Of a stretch of DNA of 64,000 nucleotides, positions 31,701 through 41,008 are shown piece after piece. This stretch comes from Candidatus Poribacteria bacterium (GTDB lineage: Bacteria > Poribacteria > WGA-4E > JAJDTR01), in the NCBI GenBank assembly GCA_965222225.1, contig CBDCTK010000002.1:4960001-5024000 (forward strand), given 5' to 3'. Under the pieces are notes generated by a model that did not search any database, had not been told where the DNA came from, and worked only from the letters and a program-made list of their open reading frames with translations. Each line of letters starts with the position of its first letter. The first letter of the stretch is position 1. The translations under genes were made by a program, and so were the position numbers.

Positions 31701-32283
31701 CAAGGCACTTTTTGAAAGATTTAATGTTTTGTTTGCAGTTATGGTGAGTAAAACCTTCCAGTTTTTTCCATAATCCATACAATTCATCGCGCTTTCTTTC
31801 TCGAATCTGCCCGTGGAATCGATTGGCCATCGGATCAATGGTCGTTACCGCCATTTGCATCCGTTCCCGCCGAGTTGGTTGCTGGTTAGACTCGAGATAT
31901 TCCTCAAAGTCCTTAAGTGTTTTGTCCAAATGTGGATTAATCTTTTTGTCTTTCCAGCCATCAGGATAGTGCTTTTTGTCTTTCAAAATGCGTCTATACA
32001 TTTTGTCCCGCTTTTGCTTAAAGTTGGGCGAAGGGACTTGTACGTCACTTCCTTCAACGACTCGCGGGAGTTTTTCGATAAATTCTCGCAACGAGTGTGC
32101 TGTCTGTGCGATGCGGTCTGGATTCTGTAAGTTATTCAAAGCGTAAAGTGCGCCAAGATACCACTGACTCAGCGGGTATTCCTCAGTTTCTCTGTCTTTT
32201 AAGGCTTCCAGTACCCGTTGCTGTTTGGGCGTTAGTCTTGGCAGTTCGTGACTATTGTGATTGTCAATTGCTTGCATTGTCAT
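28732..32283 (-). CDS. Large hypothetical protein (1183 aa) between mod and res; possible defence protein
   Basis: Intact ORF, start overlaps the mod stop; predominantly helical; no family recognised with certainty. Confidence 0.75.
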   Translation of the reverse strand: MTMQAIDNHNSHELPRLTPKQQRVLEALKDRETEEYPLSQWYLGALYALNNLQNPDRIAQTAHSLREFIEKLPRVVEGSDVQVPSPNFKQKRDKMYRRILKDKKHYPDGWKDKKINPHLDKTLKDFEEYLESNQQPTRRERMQMAVTTIDPMANRFHGQIRERKRDELYGLWKKLEGFTHHNCKQNIKSFKKCLEGLENTVFDLLAPITTENQKEIQSILGNANRSETDVENMFSLIERKGANYVFFFKYAADNADIAWLSHLDNGDYFANPPNAEPIGEGIANYPFWWPMRYLTKMALHARGDVIKIVLQLPETNNPRIYNEILEIALQLPATHSAKLEPKILEYANLEYHFLAYRFADLLAYWTAEDQTSAALRLAKALVSFVPDPQDKAKRKRREEEPIDLDSLLAMLADTRLEPSPRFGSMEYRRILSDGVRTLAAKKPCEVAHLLIKTAADMVRLRMHQEDIGKAVDYSDYWYERLTESKGDYEDAEKSLVYTLTFACQQVYEKRPDSVDDLDDALRSQPWRIFKRLRQHLLAQYPTQTTKPWIQELIREYESYDRWEYSYEFQKMIRGACEHFGSALLSKDELKGIFDCIRNGPSKDDLTEEEFRQNQRRFHRKQFWPFAPVLFGEYKTYFQELEDEANALISDEDYPPFKTRTGFVSTRSPRSPEDLTSLTDEELLSFINEWDENEDTFEGNNLIEVNIQGLSRAFQTVFREQIISDPMRHRFWMENYRKIERPVFVERIINVMRECVEANNFDNLDEWLAFSEWVLSHPDDIENGIYDRHAGESRDKPNWSNSRWAVSDLIESCFRKEINPPVSARAQLAKLLDIFCTQFDWRLDRYLKGSELIDESMNAPRCRALEALVNFGLWLRRSDPVADVSEVTVILEKRLAPTAEYPLTLPEYAILGKNYERLLYLNEAWATAHKSNLFPRRDFSKWLAAFNGFLSHNGPSKPTFEALQNDYVFALQNLTQLKERHIRGNQSVFLLGKHLFFLYLWEKYPLTGNESLLQEFYKATVDNPEPWASLFEYVGRTLWDTNEQLDINQRNKIIEFFNWRLAAKEPKELRGITFWLKAKCFDARWRLSAYSKVLDTCKAEDMAVAIQIDALCEMLPDYTAEVVACFTKLTDGFRDDAIDIYTEGAKTILKAGIESSDENVRRDAARAHENLLRTGRLDLKALAD

Positions 32284-33783
32284 TCTCCGTAGAATTGTTT
32301 GTTCAACGCTTTATCGTTCTCGTTGACATCAAAATCTTCGTCGTCGATTTCGGAGAGGTGGACGTATAGTTGGTTTTTATCAAGTAGTTCTGCCAAGAGT
32401 TTCTTCTGTTTGTCTAGGCCGTTTTCGGTTTTGCCGATTGCTTTGAAGTCGTCCACCGCAGCCGCGGGCGTTTCCGGATTGACGTAGTAGTTCAGGAAAG
32501 AGTTTGAGGCGATATTTTCCCAAAGTGCGACAAGTGCCTCGGACGATTGCGTGGCTTGAATTTTATCCATGTAGGCTTCGTTGTATTTCATCAGTTCGAA
32601 ATAGATGAAATCGCCGCCGCCCTGCCAGTTGACGAATTCGGAGATGCCGCCTTCCTCGCCGGAGATAACTTTCTTTAGGCGTTCCACCGGAATCTCTTCG
32701 GCGTAATCCATCTGCTCAATGCCGATGTATTGCCTTCCCATTTTGTGAGCGACAGCAGCCGTTGTGCCCGAGCCTAAATGGTAGTCTAGAACAATGTCCC
32801 CTTCCTCTGTGGAGTATTCAATTATTCGCTGGAGAAGTCGTTCAATTTTGGGATATGCAAACGCCTCTTGTGTACATCAATATCCAGTCAAAATCTTGGG
32901 AAAAGTTATAAGGCACGTTACTACGTCCACTTCGTGTTTTTCTCGGAACAGTTGCAATGAAGTTGTCTCTACCGAATATATCATCGGCAGCAACCTTGAT
33001 ATAGTGCATTTCCTGATCATCAATGTGGATGAAGATAACCCCATCATCCCTTAGCAACTCTCTTGCGACCTCCAGCCGATTTTTCATGAACGTCAGCCAA
33101 CTGGAATGATTGAAGTTGTCGTTGTAACCGAAACTGTCGCTCCCCGTGTTGTAGGGTGGGTCGATGTAGATTAGTTTGACCTTTCCGCGAAACTGATCCT
33201 TGAGCGTATGCAGTGCCACAAGGTTGTTGCTTTTGATAATCAGGTTTTCGCGTATTACGCCGTTTTCATCGCGTTTAATCTCGGTCGGATTCTCCTCACC
33301 TTCCACCGTGTAGCGTTTCCAGTTGGTCAACACCTTCGGGTCGAAGAGGCGGTTAATCTCATCTTGCGCCAGAATCTCGTTGAAGAATATCTCTTTACGT
33401 TTTTCTTCGTCTTTTGTCTGTCCGCCTTCCAGGACGCAAACCTTGTAGGGCCAAACGAGGGATACTTCGCCCCGTTCTCGTAGGAAATTGCCCCCAATGT
33501 TCAAGCCGATTTTGTTGCGGAAGCGGGTGTAAGAGTTGCCGAGGAAATTTTTGTTGGACAGGTATTCGATGAAGGTGTTGGCGTTGAAGATCTAGTGTCC
33601 GTCGATTTCTTCAAAGAATTTGGCTTTGATTTCGTCTTCCGAGAGCAGCAGCCGCACGAGGTCGTGGTCAAGCTGTCTGGCGTGGCGGTGGATGGCAGCG
33701 GTAATGAGTTCGCCACCCTCGTCTAGGAGACGGTCGTCGGTTTTGAGGAGGTCGATTAGTTTTTGGTGGAAGTTGGTTGGCAT
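32280..33783 (-). pseudogene. mod: Type III RM DNA methyltransferase Mod, disrupted
   Basis: IYIDPPYNTG, SSWLTFMKNRL, VLDYHLGSGTT; in-frame TAG at 33592-33594; central region missing with a frameshift near 32866. Confidence 0.88.
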
Positions 33784-33792
33784 GGTGGATTC

Positions 33793-34800
33793 CTACGTCA
33801 GGTTTTCGTTAGCTTGCGCCAAGAAGAGAATGTTTGATGCGGTCAAATGAAGGGCGTAAGTGGCTATGTGTTCGGGAACTAGAATCTCTTGCGTCCCCTG
33901 GCCGTGTCCGCCTAGTTCATTTCGAAGTGTAGGAACTCCAGCCTCCAATGTGTTCCGCAACGCCGAAAAGTGTGATTGCATGAAATTTGGAATCAGCTTG
34001 TTCTTGAATACGATGTCAACCAGGCGGTTGGCGGTAACTTTAGCACCGTAAACCCAGCCTCGCTTGTCACATATTGCTTTGAGGCAACTCTCGAAAGCCT
34101 TGAGACAATCGTTCAGGCATTCTTTGTATCGCTTTGCCCGGTAGTGCTCGTGGGCACTCAGGAATTCGGCATTCGCGCCTTGGTACATAGAATCGGAAAG
34201 CATACAGAGTGCGGGCCGCATCGCTTCAGAATGAAGGTACTGGGAATCTACTCGGATAATTTGGCCAGATTCGTACTGATAGCCTACACCGTGGTTACGG
34301 AATCGCTGGTTGAGTTCATTGACTGCATTCGTATATTGACTATGTTTCTTAATACTATACAAACGCATTTGCTGATAGTTTTTCTTACCAATTTCATTTG
34401 AAGGTAATGCCTCCAAACTTACTAAAGGAGATTGCTTATCGTAGGGATCAGGTTGGTTGGTCTGCTGAAAGAAGAGTTCAATGACATCAATTGCCTTTTC
34501 CGTCTCATCTATCTGGAGGAAAAAGTTCACGACTGCATCGAAATCGGAGTCTGCGTCTTTATCAAGTTCGAAGAGTCCATATTCGCGACATACCGTCTTA
34601 TGAATGAACGCCCATACCTTGGTTGCTTCCTCGGAACAGATAAGGCCTCTGCTGGTACTGATGTGTTGGCCAAGCACATCTTTCATGATGTGCACGATTT
34701 GAACTCGAAGGGTTTCGGGAATATCCGCGTACTGGTAAAAGTCGGGAACTTCACCCCGATGCTGTTTCTGTCTATTGGAAAATATATCAACGACTGACAT
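33793..34800 (-). CDS. AbiJ-like / STM4504-type protein with C-terminal HEPN-like motif
   Basis: N-terminal FSNRQK...YQYADIPETLRVQIVHI; CLKAFES; LRNELGGHG (RNxxxxH). Confidence 0.7.
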   Translation of the reverse strand: MSVVDIFSNRQKQHRGEVPDFYQYADIPETLRVQIVHIMKDVLGQHISTSRGLICSEEATKVWAFIHKTVCREYGLFELDKDADSDFDAVVNFFLQIDETEKAIDVIELFFQQTNQPDPYDKQSPLVSLEALPSNEIGKKNYQQMRLYSIKKHSQYTNAVNELNQRFRNHGVGYQYESGQIIRVDSQYLHSEAMRPALCMLSDSMYQGANAEFLSAHEHYRAKRYKECLNDCLKAFESCLKAICDKRGWVYGAKVTANRLVDIVFKNKLIPNFMQSHFSALRNTLEAGVPTLRNELGGHGQGTQEILVPEHIATYALHLTASNILFLAQANENLT

Positions 34801-35038
34801 GTTTTTCTCCTTGCGGTGCAGGTTTGCTAATGACTGGCGTCCCACCTGCTCTCATGTGCCCTTCAATACTATGACTTAAGTCACAATTACAATATGTGAA
34901 AACTCACAAGCAGAATTCCTTTGTCGACGTGTAGCACAAAGTTATCTGTACGTTGCAGCAAATCCTAGTTGCGCAACAACCATATTTCTATTTTGTACAT
35001 ATGGTTCTCTAGTAAATCGCTCGCAATTATAGCATAAA

Positions 35039-35383
35039 TCACTTTAAATACACAACCAATTTATCTTCATTCTCGTCCCATTCAGCATCATATCGATTGG
35101 TTTTTGTATAGTTTATTCTGTAGTATTCAAAAAACGACCGTGCTGATACGTCTGCGCCAGATGTCCTCTTTCGTAGTTTACATATACCTTCGTTATTTGC
35201 ATCGTTGGTTAGTCCGATTCCTATACGACCACCGTCTTTATCATAATACAATATTGCCCAGTCGTACTGATCTAATTTGAAATGCTTGACGGCACCTTGG
35301 TTAAACCCAATTAAACCGCTCTTTGTAATTGACACCTTGGGCTTATATCCTCTACCAACCTGTGTAAATTTCTCGAATGACAT
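35039..35383 (-). CDS. Small hypothetical protein, AT-rich
   Basis: 114-aa ORF with GGAGG RBS and upstream promoter. Confidence 0.7.
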   Translation of the reverse strand: MSFEKFTQVGRGYKPKVSITKSGLIGFNQGAVKHFKLDQYDWAILYYDKDGGRIGIGLTNDANNEGICKLRKRTSGADVSARSFFEYYRINYTKTNRYDAEWDENEDKLVVYLK

Positions 35384-35429
35384 TGCTCAATTTAACCTCC
35401 CTCACACGAAAATGATTTAACTATCCTTC

Positions 35430-35459
35430 ATTGTATCACAATATATCACATCGTGTCAA
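35430..35459 (-). promoter_or_regulatory. Sigma70 promoter with TGTGATA direct repeat in the spacer
   Basis: TTGACA-18 bp-TACAAT. Confidence 0.6.
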
Positions 35460-35639
35460 ATGAATTATGTGCCCTAATTTCAAGACAGTGAAACACGTCT
35501 CAATACGGACATAGATATACACAGTTAATCACGAGCGTCTATAATTGATACTGAATGCACAATTACACATATTAACTAACCTTGCTACACGCAACATATT
35601 TCATATCAAAATATCATCTTATATGTTTTTTAGTCGATG

Positions 35640-35815
35640 GGGATATGGATGGGATCGAGCATCGAATTGATTAGATGACCTTTTGTTTCCTGTTTGTGAT
35701 GATGCCGGTGATATCTTGATGGAGTTCTGGCTTGTGTTGTTTTGGGATGAGAGGTTGCCTCGCTTTGGCGGCAAAGACGATATGTACGTAGAGTTGGATG
35801 CAGGTGTTTGCCAGA
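35640..35815 (-). pseudogene. IS200/IS605 TnpA-like (HUH Y1) transposase N-terminal remnant
   Basis: ANTCIQLYVHIVFAAKARQPLI...ELHQDITGII; adjacent CTCCGCTGGAG palindromes. Confidence 0.65.
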
Positions 35816-35954
35816 GAGACGGCTGTTATTGGTGAGGACAGAATATGCCGCTCCGCTGGAGCGGGAGAAACTACCAACTTTTTTCTACAGACATTTCACT
35901 CCGCTGGAGTGAAAACCATTCTACGAAGGGAAACTTTCTCAAAGCCAGTTAAAG

Positions 35955-36180
35955 TAGCAATTCTCATTTTGGAACTAAGACCCTATGGAGCCAAGCCAGT
36001 TCTGAGTTGTTTCAGCATGAAATCAAGTAATCGATTCGCTGAGAACGTCCATTTAGGTGCCAATTCTTACACAATCAAATGATTTTGGCCCAAGAATGAC
36101 AAAAAATGAACTTGAGACCCACTGTTCAGACAAGTTCTAATCGGTACAATCGCTCGGCAAATTCAAAATGAGAATTGCTG
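35955..36180. mobile_element. MITE with AGCAATTCTCATTTTG inverted ends and 9-bp target duplication
   Basis: CAGTTAAAG at 35946-35954 and 36181-36189. Confidence 0.75.
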
Positions 36181-36424
36181 CAGTTAAAGAGCGAAAAACG
36201 AGTGTTACTTGAAGAGGGAATAATTCCGTCGGGGATAATGGTGTGCCATATACGTTCAAACCAATGATTCAACCATAATACAAGCTGGCAATTCAAAACC
36301 TGCCAAGTGTCAGTCTATGTTACAATCATAACACAAGCAGACGCAACTTGCGTATCACGCCACAGTGAACGGGTTACGGAAATATCTCAACATAAGCTTG
36401 AGCGTGGGTGTTGTTCGATGTATC

Positions 36425-36625
36425 TACAGGTCCTTAAGCGTGCTTTTTTATTTGGCTTCAAGCGCTTCCGCGATTAAGAAATCCAACTTCCCGCTTGCTG
36501 AATCTTATTCAATATGGCGATCCCACTTTGCCCAGTCCAACTCGTTGAACCATCGTCTAAATTGAAGGTATTCGGCTTCAGGGAGCGCAAGAATCGCTTT
36601 GCTGAATTTCCGTAATGTTTGACAT
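36425..36625 (-). pseudogene. Degraded small antitoxin-like gene
   Basis: Reads MSNITEI...ALPEAEYLQFRRWFNELDWAKWDRHIE*DSASGKLDFLIAEA with stops and a frameshift. Confidence 0.45.
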
Positions 36626-36690
36626 TTTGCTTTCTCCCTGTTTGTCGCGCAAAATCAATCTGATTTTCATAGAAACGGTAAACTACCTTC

Positions 36691-37053
36691 TCAGGCTGAT
36701 TCCCGCTTTAGTGTTGATGGCGAAATCCTTTCATACATTGTTATCCCAACGCGCCGAATGTGCTCGGTTACATCGGGGTCGGTGATGTCGCGGAAGACGG
36801 AGAGGTCGAATGTATAGGGTAAAAGCAGGTCGTCCAAGTCGTTAGCGATGCGGAGCAGGACGTTCAGCGTCAGATCTGTTCCACCATGGAGGGTCAGGTC
36901 GATATCGGAACCAGTTTTGTGTGCCGCTTTAGCGCGTGAACCGTATAGGACCGCTTTCTCCACCTGTGGATAGCGTCTGAAGACATCGCATATTTTCCGG
37001 ATGACAGGTTCTGGCAAACCACAGTCGGATTGGTGCAGGGGGTGGGCACTCAT
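36691..37053 (-). CDS. Minimal nucleotidyltransferase (MNT) antitoxin
   Basis: LYGSRAK...GSDIDL; LPYTFDL. Confidence 0.88.
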   Translation of the reverse strand: MSAHPLHQSDCGLPEPVIRKICDVFRRYPQVEKAVLYGSRAKAAHKTGSDIDLTLHGGTDLTLNVLLRIANDLDDLLLPYTFDLSVFRDITDPDVTEHIRRVGITMYERISPSTLKRESA

Positions 37054-37475
37054 GCCGATTCCTCCTTTTTCAGGCGTTGGAGTTTCACTTGGAGCGCCTG
37101 AAATTCTGCAAAATACACTTCTAGAATCGCTTTAACAATCTGGGCGGCGGTGGACTCGTTGTAGGTGTGTGTAGTCAGGTTGCGACTTTGAATCATCGCC
37201 ATCCATATCTCGCCGTTTTCAATCAAACCCGCTCTGAACGCGGCGCGCGTGGTGTCCTTAGATCCGTATAGGATTTGTGCCCCGTGTTTTTCGAGGAAGT
37301 CCTTTAGCGTATTCCACCCCAATTCGTGTGTGTATTTGAAACGCTGTATTAAACCCAGTGCTTCCAGCTTTGAGAGTTGGCGGCGGCGTGCCAGTTCGAC
37401 AGCGTCCTTCAATTGGGAGAACACCTTGTCAAAGTTATTGGCTCTCTGAATCCAGCGGATGTCTTGGTTGTTCAT
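37050..37475 (-). CDS. HEPN-domain protein, HI0074 family (toxin partner of MNT)
   Basis: DIRWIQR, GLIQRF.YTHELGW, SRNLTTHTY (RxxxxH). Confidence 0.88.
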   Translation of the reverse strand: MNNQDIRWIQRANNFDKVFSQLKDAVELARRRQLSKLEALGLIQRFKYTHELGWNTLKDFLEKHGAQILYGSKDTTRAAFRAGLIENGEIWMAMIQSRNLTTHTYNESTAAQIVKAILEVYFAEFQALQVKLQRLKKEESA

Positions 37476-37500
37476 AAGGGAATCTTTAGTAAGTCTTTAG

Positions 37501-37690
37501 TAGGACTTACGTAGTTCGGTCTGTAGAATCGATTATCCGTCGCAGTCTATTGTCGAGAATCGGAATGGATCTCTATCGCACGGGATTTTCTATCGCATTC
37601 ACTATCCGTTCACTTGATCGTTATTCATTCGGTCGATCCCTCCTACAGACACACACGTAGGAGCGATCTCCTGTTGCTGTGTAAGTCCTA
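37501..37690. mobile_element. MITE-like element with TAGGACTTAC / GTAAGTCCTA ends, containing REPs and GA-hairpin units
   Basis: Perfect 10-bp inverted ends; unit at 37582-37619. Confidence 0.6.
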
Positions 37691-37733
37691 ATTTAGGTTT
37701 GCAGCGAGATTCTTGATTCGAGATTTCAAGGCT

Positions 37734-37788
37734 GGTGCGCAGAGGATCTCTATCGCAGTCATTATTCATTCCTTTGATCGCACCCTAC
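37734..37788 (-). repeat. REP GTAGGGTGCG^CTCTGCGCACC with an inserted GA-hairpin unit
   Basis: Removing the unit restores the palindrome. Confidence 0.75.
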
Positions 37789-37862
37789 GAACGCAATCGT
37801 AAAATTTTTTGCTAACGGATATAAAAAAAGCCATATAGTGTCAGTTCTATATGGCTTACGGA

Positions 37863-37947
37863 TGCCGGAGGTCGGACTCGAACCGACATGGACCCAAGGC
37901 CCGCTGGATTTTGAATCCAGTGCGTCTACCGATTTCACCACTCCGGC
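37863..37947 (-). tRNA. tRNA-Leu(CAA)
   Basis: Cloverleaf with long variable arm; CTGGA-TTCAAAA-TCCAG; GTTCGAGTC. Confidence 0.95.
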
Positions 37948-38341
37948 TAAAGACGGTGTATTTTAGCACATTCTCGGTGTGGGAATCAAGCGCAAAATGG
38001 GCACATGCGAGGGACGATTGCACCTTCAATGACCTACGCCGTCAAGATCCCCTCTGCGATTTGATGATTGTCGATTGTGTGCGATAAAGTGTTGGGTTTC
38101 ACTCGCGTTTCGGTTCTTTCGGGCGGAATGAAACCTCGAAAGTCTTCTTTACTGTGCGCGATACTCTGCGCGATTTCTTTCGGACTTCCGTTCAACCCAA
38201 CCTACGCGCTGCTATGGCACTCCACCGGAGGCAGGACAGGTCGCGATTCGGAGATCGCTCCTACAGTGATTTCCGATGGATTTCCGTTCAACCCAACCTA
38301 CGCATTGGTAAGTTGTACCTGCGGCTGGGCAAAAAGTTGCG

Positions 38342-38370
38342 TTGACGGAAAAAAGGGACTGTGCTAATAT
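38342..38370 (+). promoter_or_regulatory. Sigma70 promoter
   Basis: TTGACG-17 bp-TAATAT with extended TG. Confidence 0.55.
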
Positions 38371-38418
38371 ACTTTAGGATTCGCGACATCATCACTTCAT
38401 CTTCAGAAGGAGCGAGAA

Positions 38419-38880
38419 ATGCAGATAGAGAAACGGCTTGAGGAGCTTGGTATTACGCTGCCCCCGGCGGCAACACCGGTGGCGAATTATGTGACAACCG
38501 TCCAAACGGGGAATTTGGTGTTTACGTCGGGGCACGGTCCGGGGAATGGAGAGGGCAAGATTTATAAGAGTCAACTCGGTACCGATGCGGAGATTAAGGA
38601 CGGGTATCAATCGGCACGACAGGTGGCAATCAACCTAATCGGCACACTCAAACAGGCTCTTGGCGATTTGGATCGGATTCAACGTATTGTGAAGGTGGTC
38701 GGCTTTGTCAACTCCGCGCCGACGTTTACGGATCAGCCCGCCGTCGTCAACGGGGTGTCCGACCTCTTTGTCGAAGTGTTTGGCGACAGAGGGAAGCACA
38801 CACGCTCGGCGGTTGGAATGTCGCAATTGCCCGGGGGAATTCCGGTTGAGGTTGAGATGGTGGTTGAGATTGACGCATAG
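38419..38880 (+). CDS. RidA/YjgF family protein
   Basis: PVANYV, FTSGHGP, GFVNSAPTFTDQPAVVNG.SDL, GKHTRSAVG. Confidence 0.9.
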   Translation: MQIEKRLEELGITLPPAATPVANYVTTVQTGNLVFTSGHGPGNGEGKIYKSQLGTDAEIKDGYQSARQVAINLIGTLKQALGDLDRIQRIVKVVGFVNSAPTFTDQPAVVNGVSDLFVEVFGDRGKHTRSAVGMSQLPGGIPVEVEMVVEIDA

Positions 38881-38901
38881 GGTTACCGGGGGAGGATTGT
38901 C

Positions 38902-40092
38902 ATGTCGGTTCAAGTCGTAAAACCGCGTATTCGGGGATTCATCTGCACCAATGCGCATCCCGTTGGTTGCGAGAGAATTGTGCAAGAGCAGGTTGACTAT
39001 ATCAAATCGGTAGGGGCGCCGAAATCCGCCAATCTCAACGCTCTTGTTGTTGGCGCGTCGGCGGGATACGGACTGGCGTCGCGCATCGCATTGACGTGGC
39101 TATACGGCGCAAAGTCGATCGGCGTTTATTATGAACGACCCGCAGACGGTAGACGGACAGCTACCGCAGGCTATTATAACTCGTTTGCTTTGCGGCGGCT
39201 GGCTCGGGCGGATGGTTTCTTCGCAAGCGATTTGAATGGCGATGCGTTTTCCGATGATTTGAAACGGGAGACAATCGGTCGGATTAAACAGGAATTGGGA
39301 AAGGTCGATGTGTTGGTCTACAGTCTCGCCTCGCCTCGGCGCAATCATCCGCGAACGGGCGCAGAGCATCAGTCCGTGCTGAAACCGATTGGCGAGCCGT
39401 ACAAAGGCAAGACAGTAGACCTTAACCGTGAAGTCATCACAGACGTTCTCATTGAACCGGCAACAGAGGCGGAAGTCGAAGATACGGTCGCAGTCATGGG
39501 CGGCGAGGATTTGGAAATGTGGGTGGAGGCACTGCTGGCGGAGGATTTGTTGGCGACCGAGTCAACGGTTGTCACCTATACGTACATCGGGCATGAACTC
39601 ACATGGCCGATATATCGTGACGGCACGATAGGGAAAGCCAAGGAGGACCTTGAGGCACGCATAAATGCCCTAGACGCGAAACTCTCGTCCGAGTTGGGCG
39701 GACATGCGTATCTTTCGGTCAATAAAGCCGTGATTACGCAGGCGTCATCGGCGATTCCGGTTGTTCCGCTTTACATCAGCGTGCTTTATGACATTATGGA
39801 TGCACAAGGAACGAACGAAGATCCGATTCACCAGATGGGCAGGTTATTCAGTGAACATTTGGGACCTGGTTTGACGCCTACGTTGGATGCTGATCGTCGG
39901 CTAAGACTTGATGACCGTGAACTTCGATCCGATATCATGGTAGAGGTGGCGAGGCGTTGGGAGGAAGTGAACACGGAGAACTTTCTTGATTTGTCCGATT
40001 ACGCCGGATTTAAGCGCGGTTTCCGCAACCTGTTCGGCTTTGAAGTGAATGGCGTTGATTATGATGAGCCGGTGGAAACCGAATTGGTTTGA
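38902..40092 (+). CDS. fabV: Enoyl-ACP reductase FabV / trans-2-enoyl-CoA reductase
   Basis: PRIRGFICTNAHPVGC, GASAGYGLASR, YSLASPRR, YRDGTIGKAK, TQASSAIP. Confidence 0.93.
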   Translation: MSVQVVKPRIRGFICTNAHPVGCERIVQEQVDYIKSVGAPKSANLNALVVGASAGYGLASRIALTWLYGAKSIGVYYERPADGRRTATAGYYNSFALRRLARADGFFASDLNGDAFSDDLKRETIGRIKQELGKVDVLVYSLASPRRNHPRTGAEHQSVLKPIGEPYKGKTVDLNREVITDVLIEPATEAEVEDTVAVMGGEDLEMWVEALLAEDLLATESTVVTYTYIGHELTWPIYRDGTIGKAKEDLEARINALDAKLSSELGGHAYLSVNKAVITQASSAIPVVPLYISVLYDIMDAQGTNEDPIHQMGRLFSEHLGPGLTPTLDADRRLRLDDRELRSDIMVEVARRWEEVNTENFLDLSDYAGFKRGFRNLFGFEVNGVDYDEPVETELV

Positions 40093-40093
40093 G

Positions 40094-40610
40094 AGCCTGT
40101 TTGAATAACAGGTGGCGTTGCCGTTTTTAGGCATTTGAATATTATTACGTGTGGGAGCTCTATCGCACTCCTTATTCAGTCGCTTGATCGCAGTGCGCAC
40201 CCTACGAAATGGTGCATGATTTTAAGCCTGATTTGATGATTGAAGAGAAAATCCCTATCGCGCACGCTAACCGCTTGCCTGATTCTATTCGGTCATTTGA
40301 TCCGTTCAAGAAATGGTGGGCAGTGCCCACCCTACAAAAAATGAATGAAGTCGAGTTAAGAGCTTGTTTGGATAATGGGCGACGAAGCCATCTCTGGTAA
40401 TTTGAAAAAGGCATATTCGTTTTGTTGCCTCAGCTGGTATACGCCTGTTCAGATTCTATCTTCGATTTGATGATCGGAAATCGCACGCTAGTGCTTTCAA
40501 TGGCTAGTGGGATTTCTGTGGGAGTTCTATCGCACGGGATTTACTATAAGATCTCTATCGCCTTCGCTATTCGCTCAGTTGATCGCTCCTTGTCCAGTCG
40601 CTTGATCCCT
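40094..40610. repeat. Intergenic cluster of MITE ends, GTAG-REPs and GA-hairpin units (40153-40189, ~40250-40285, 40550-40607)
   Basis: Matches to the repeat families seen at 781-1435. Confidence 0.7.
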
Positions 40611-41008
40611 CGCGAAACAGAGAGACTCCTTCCTCAACTGTCGGACAAAGACTTCCCTCCATCAGTAGCATTGGACGATTGCAATGGGGGAGATGTGGTT
40701 ATGTCGAGACAATGGCTGTGGTTCTGTGCACGCAGTGTAGGTTCTCGGGCAGACAACTATTTCCCTTAGTCACTACTGCGAATCAGGTTACATCTCTTCT
40801 CATACCCGGCAATTGCACCTCTTTGTTTTCGATTGGCACTGTAATTGCTCAACCTTACCTAGAACTGATATGAGCGGCATGAATCTGACGCTAACGGATT
40901 ATAAAACGTGCCATCTACTCAGTGAATCGAATCTCAATCCGCAATTTTATCCAATAAATCATTCACGGTTCGTCAAGAAAGAGATATTGAACGGAGGAGG
41001 TATCTATC

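Noticed and set aside
26527-33594. In-frame TAG codons in res and mod as pyrrolysine or amber recoding
   Set aside because: Both genes also have frameshifts or a deletion, the TAGs fit single changes from CAG and TGG, and TAG is a normal stop for other genes in this window.
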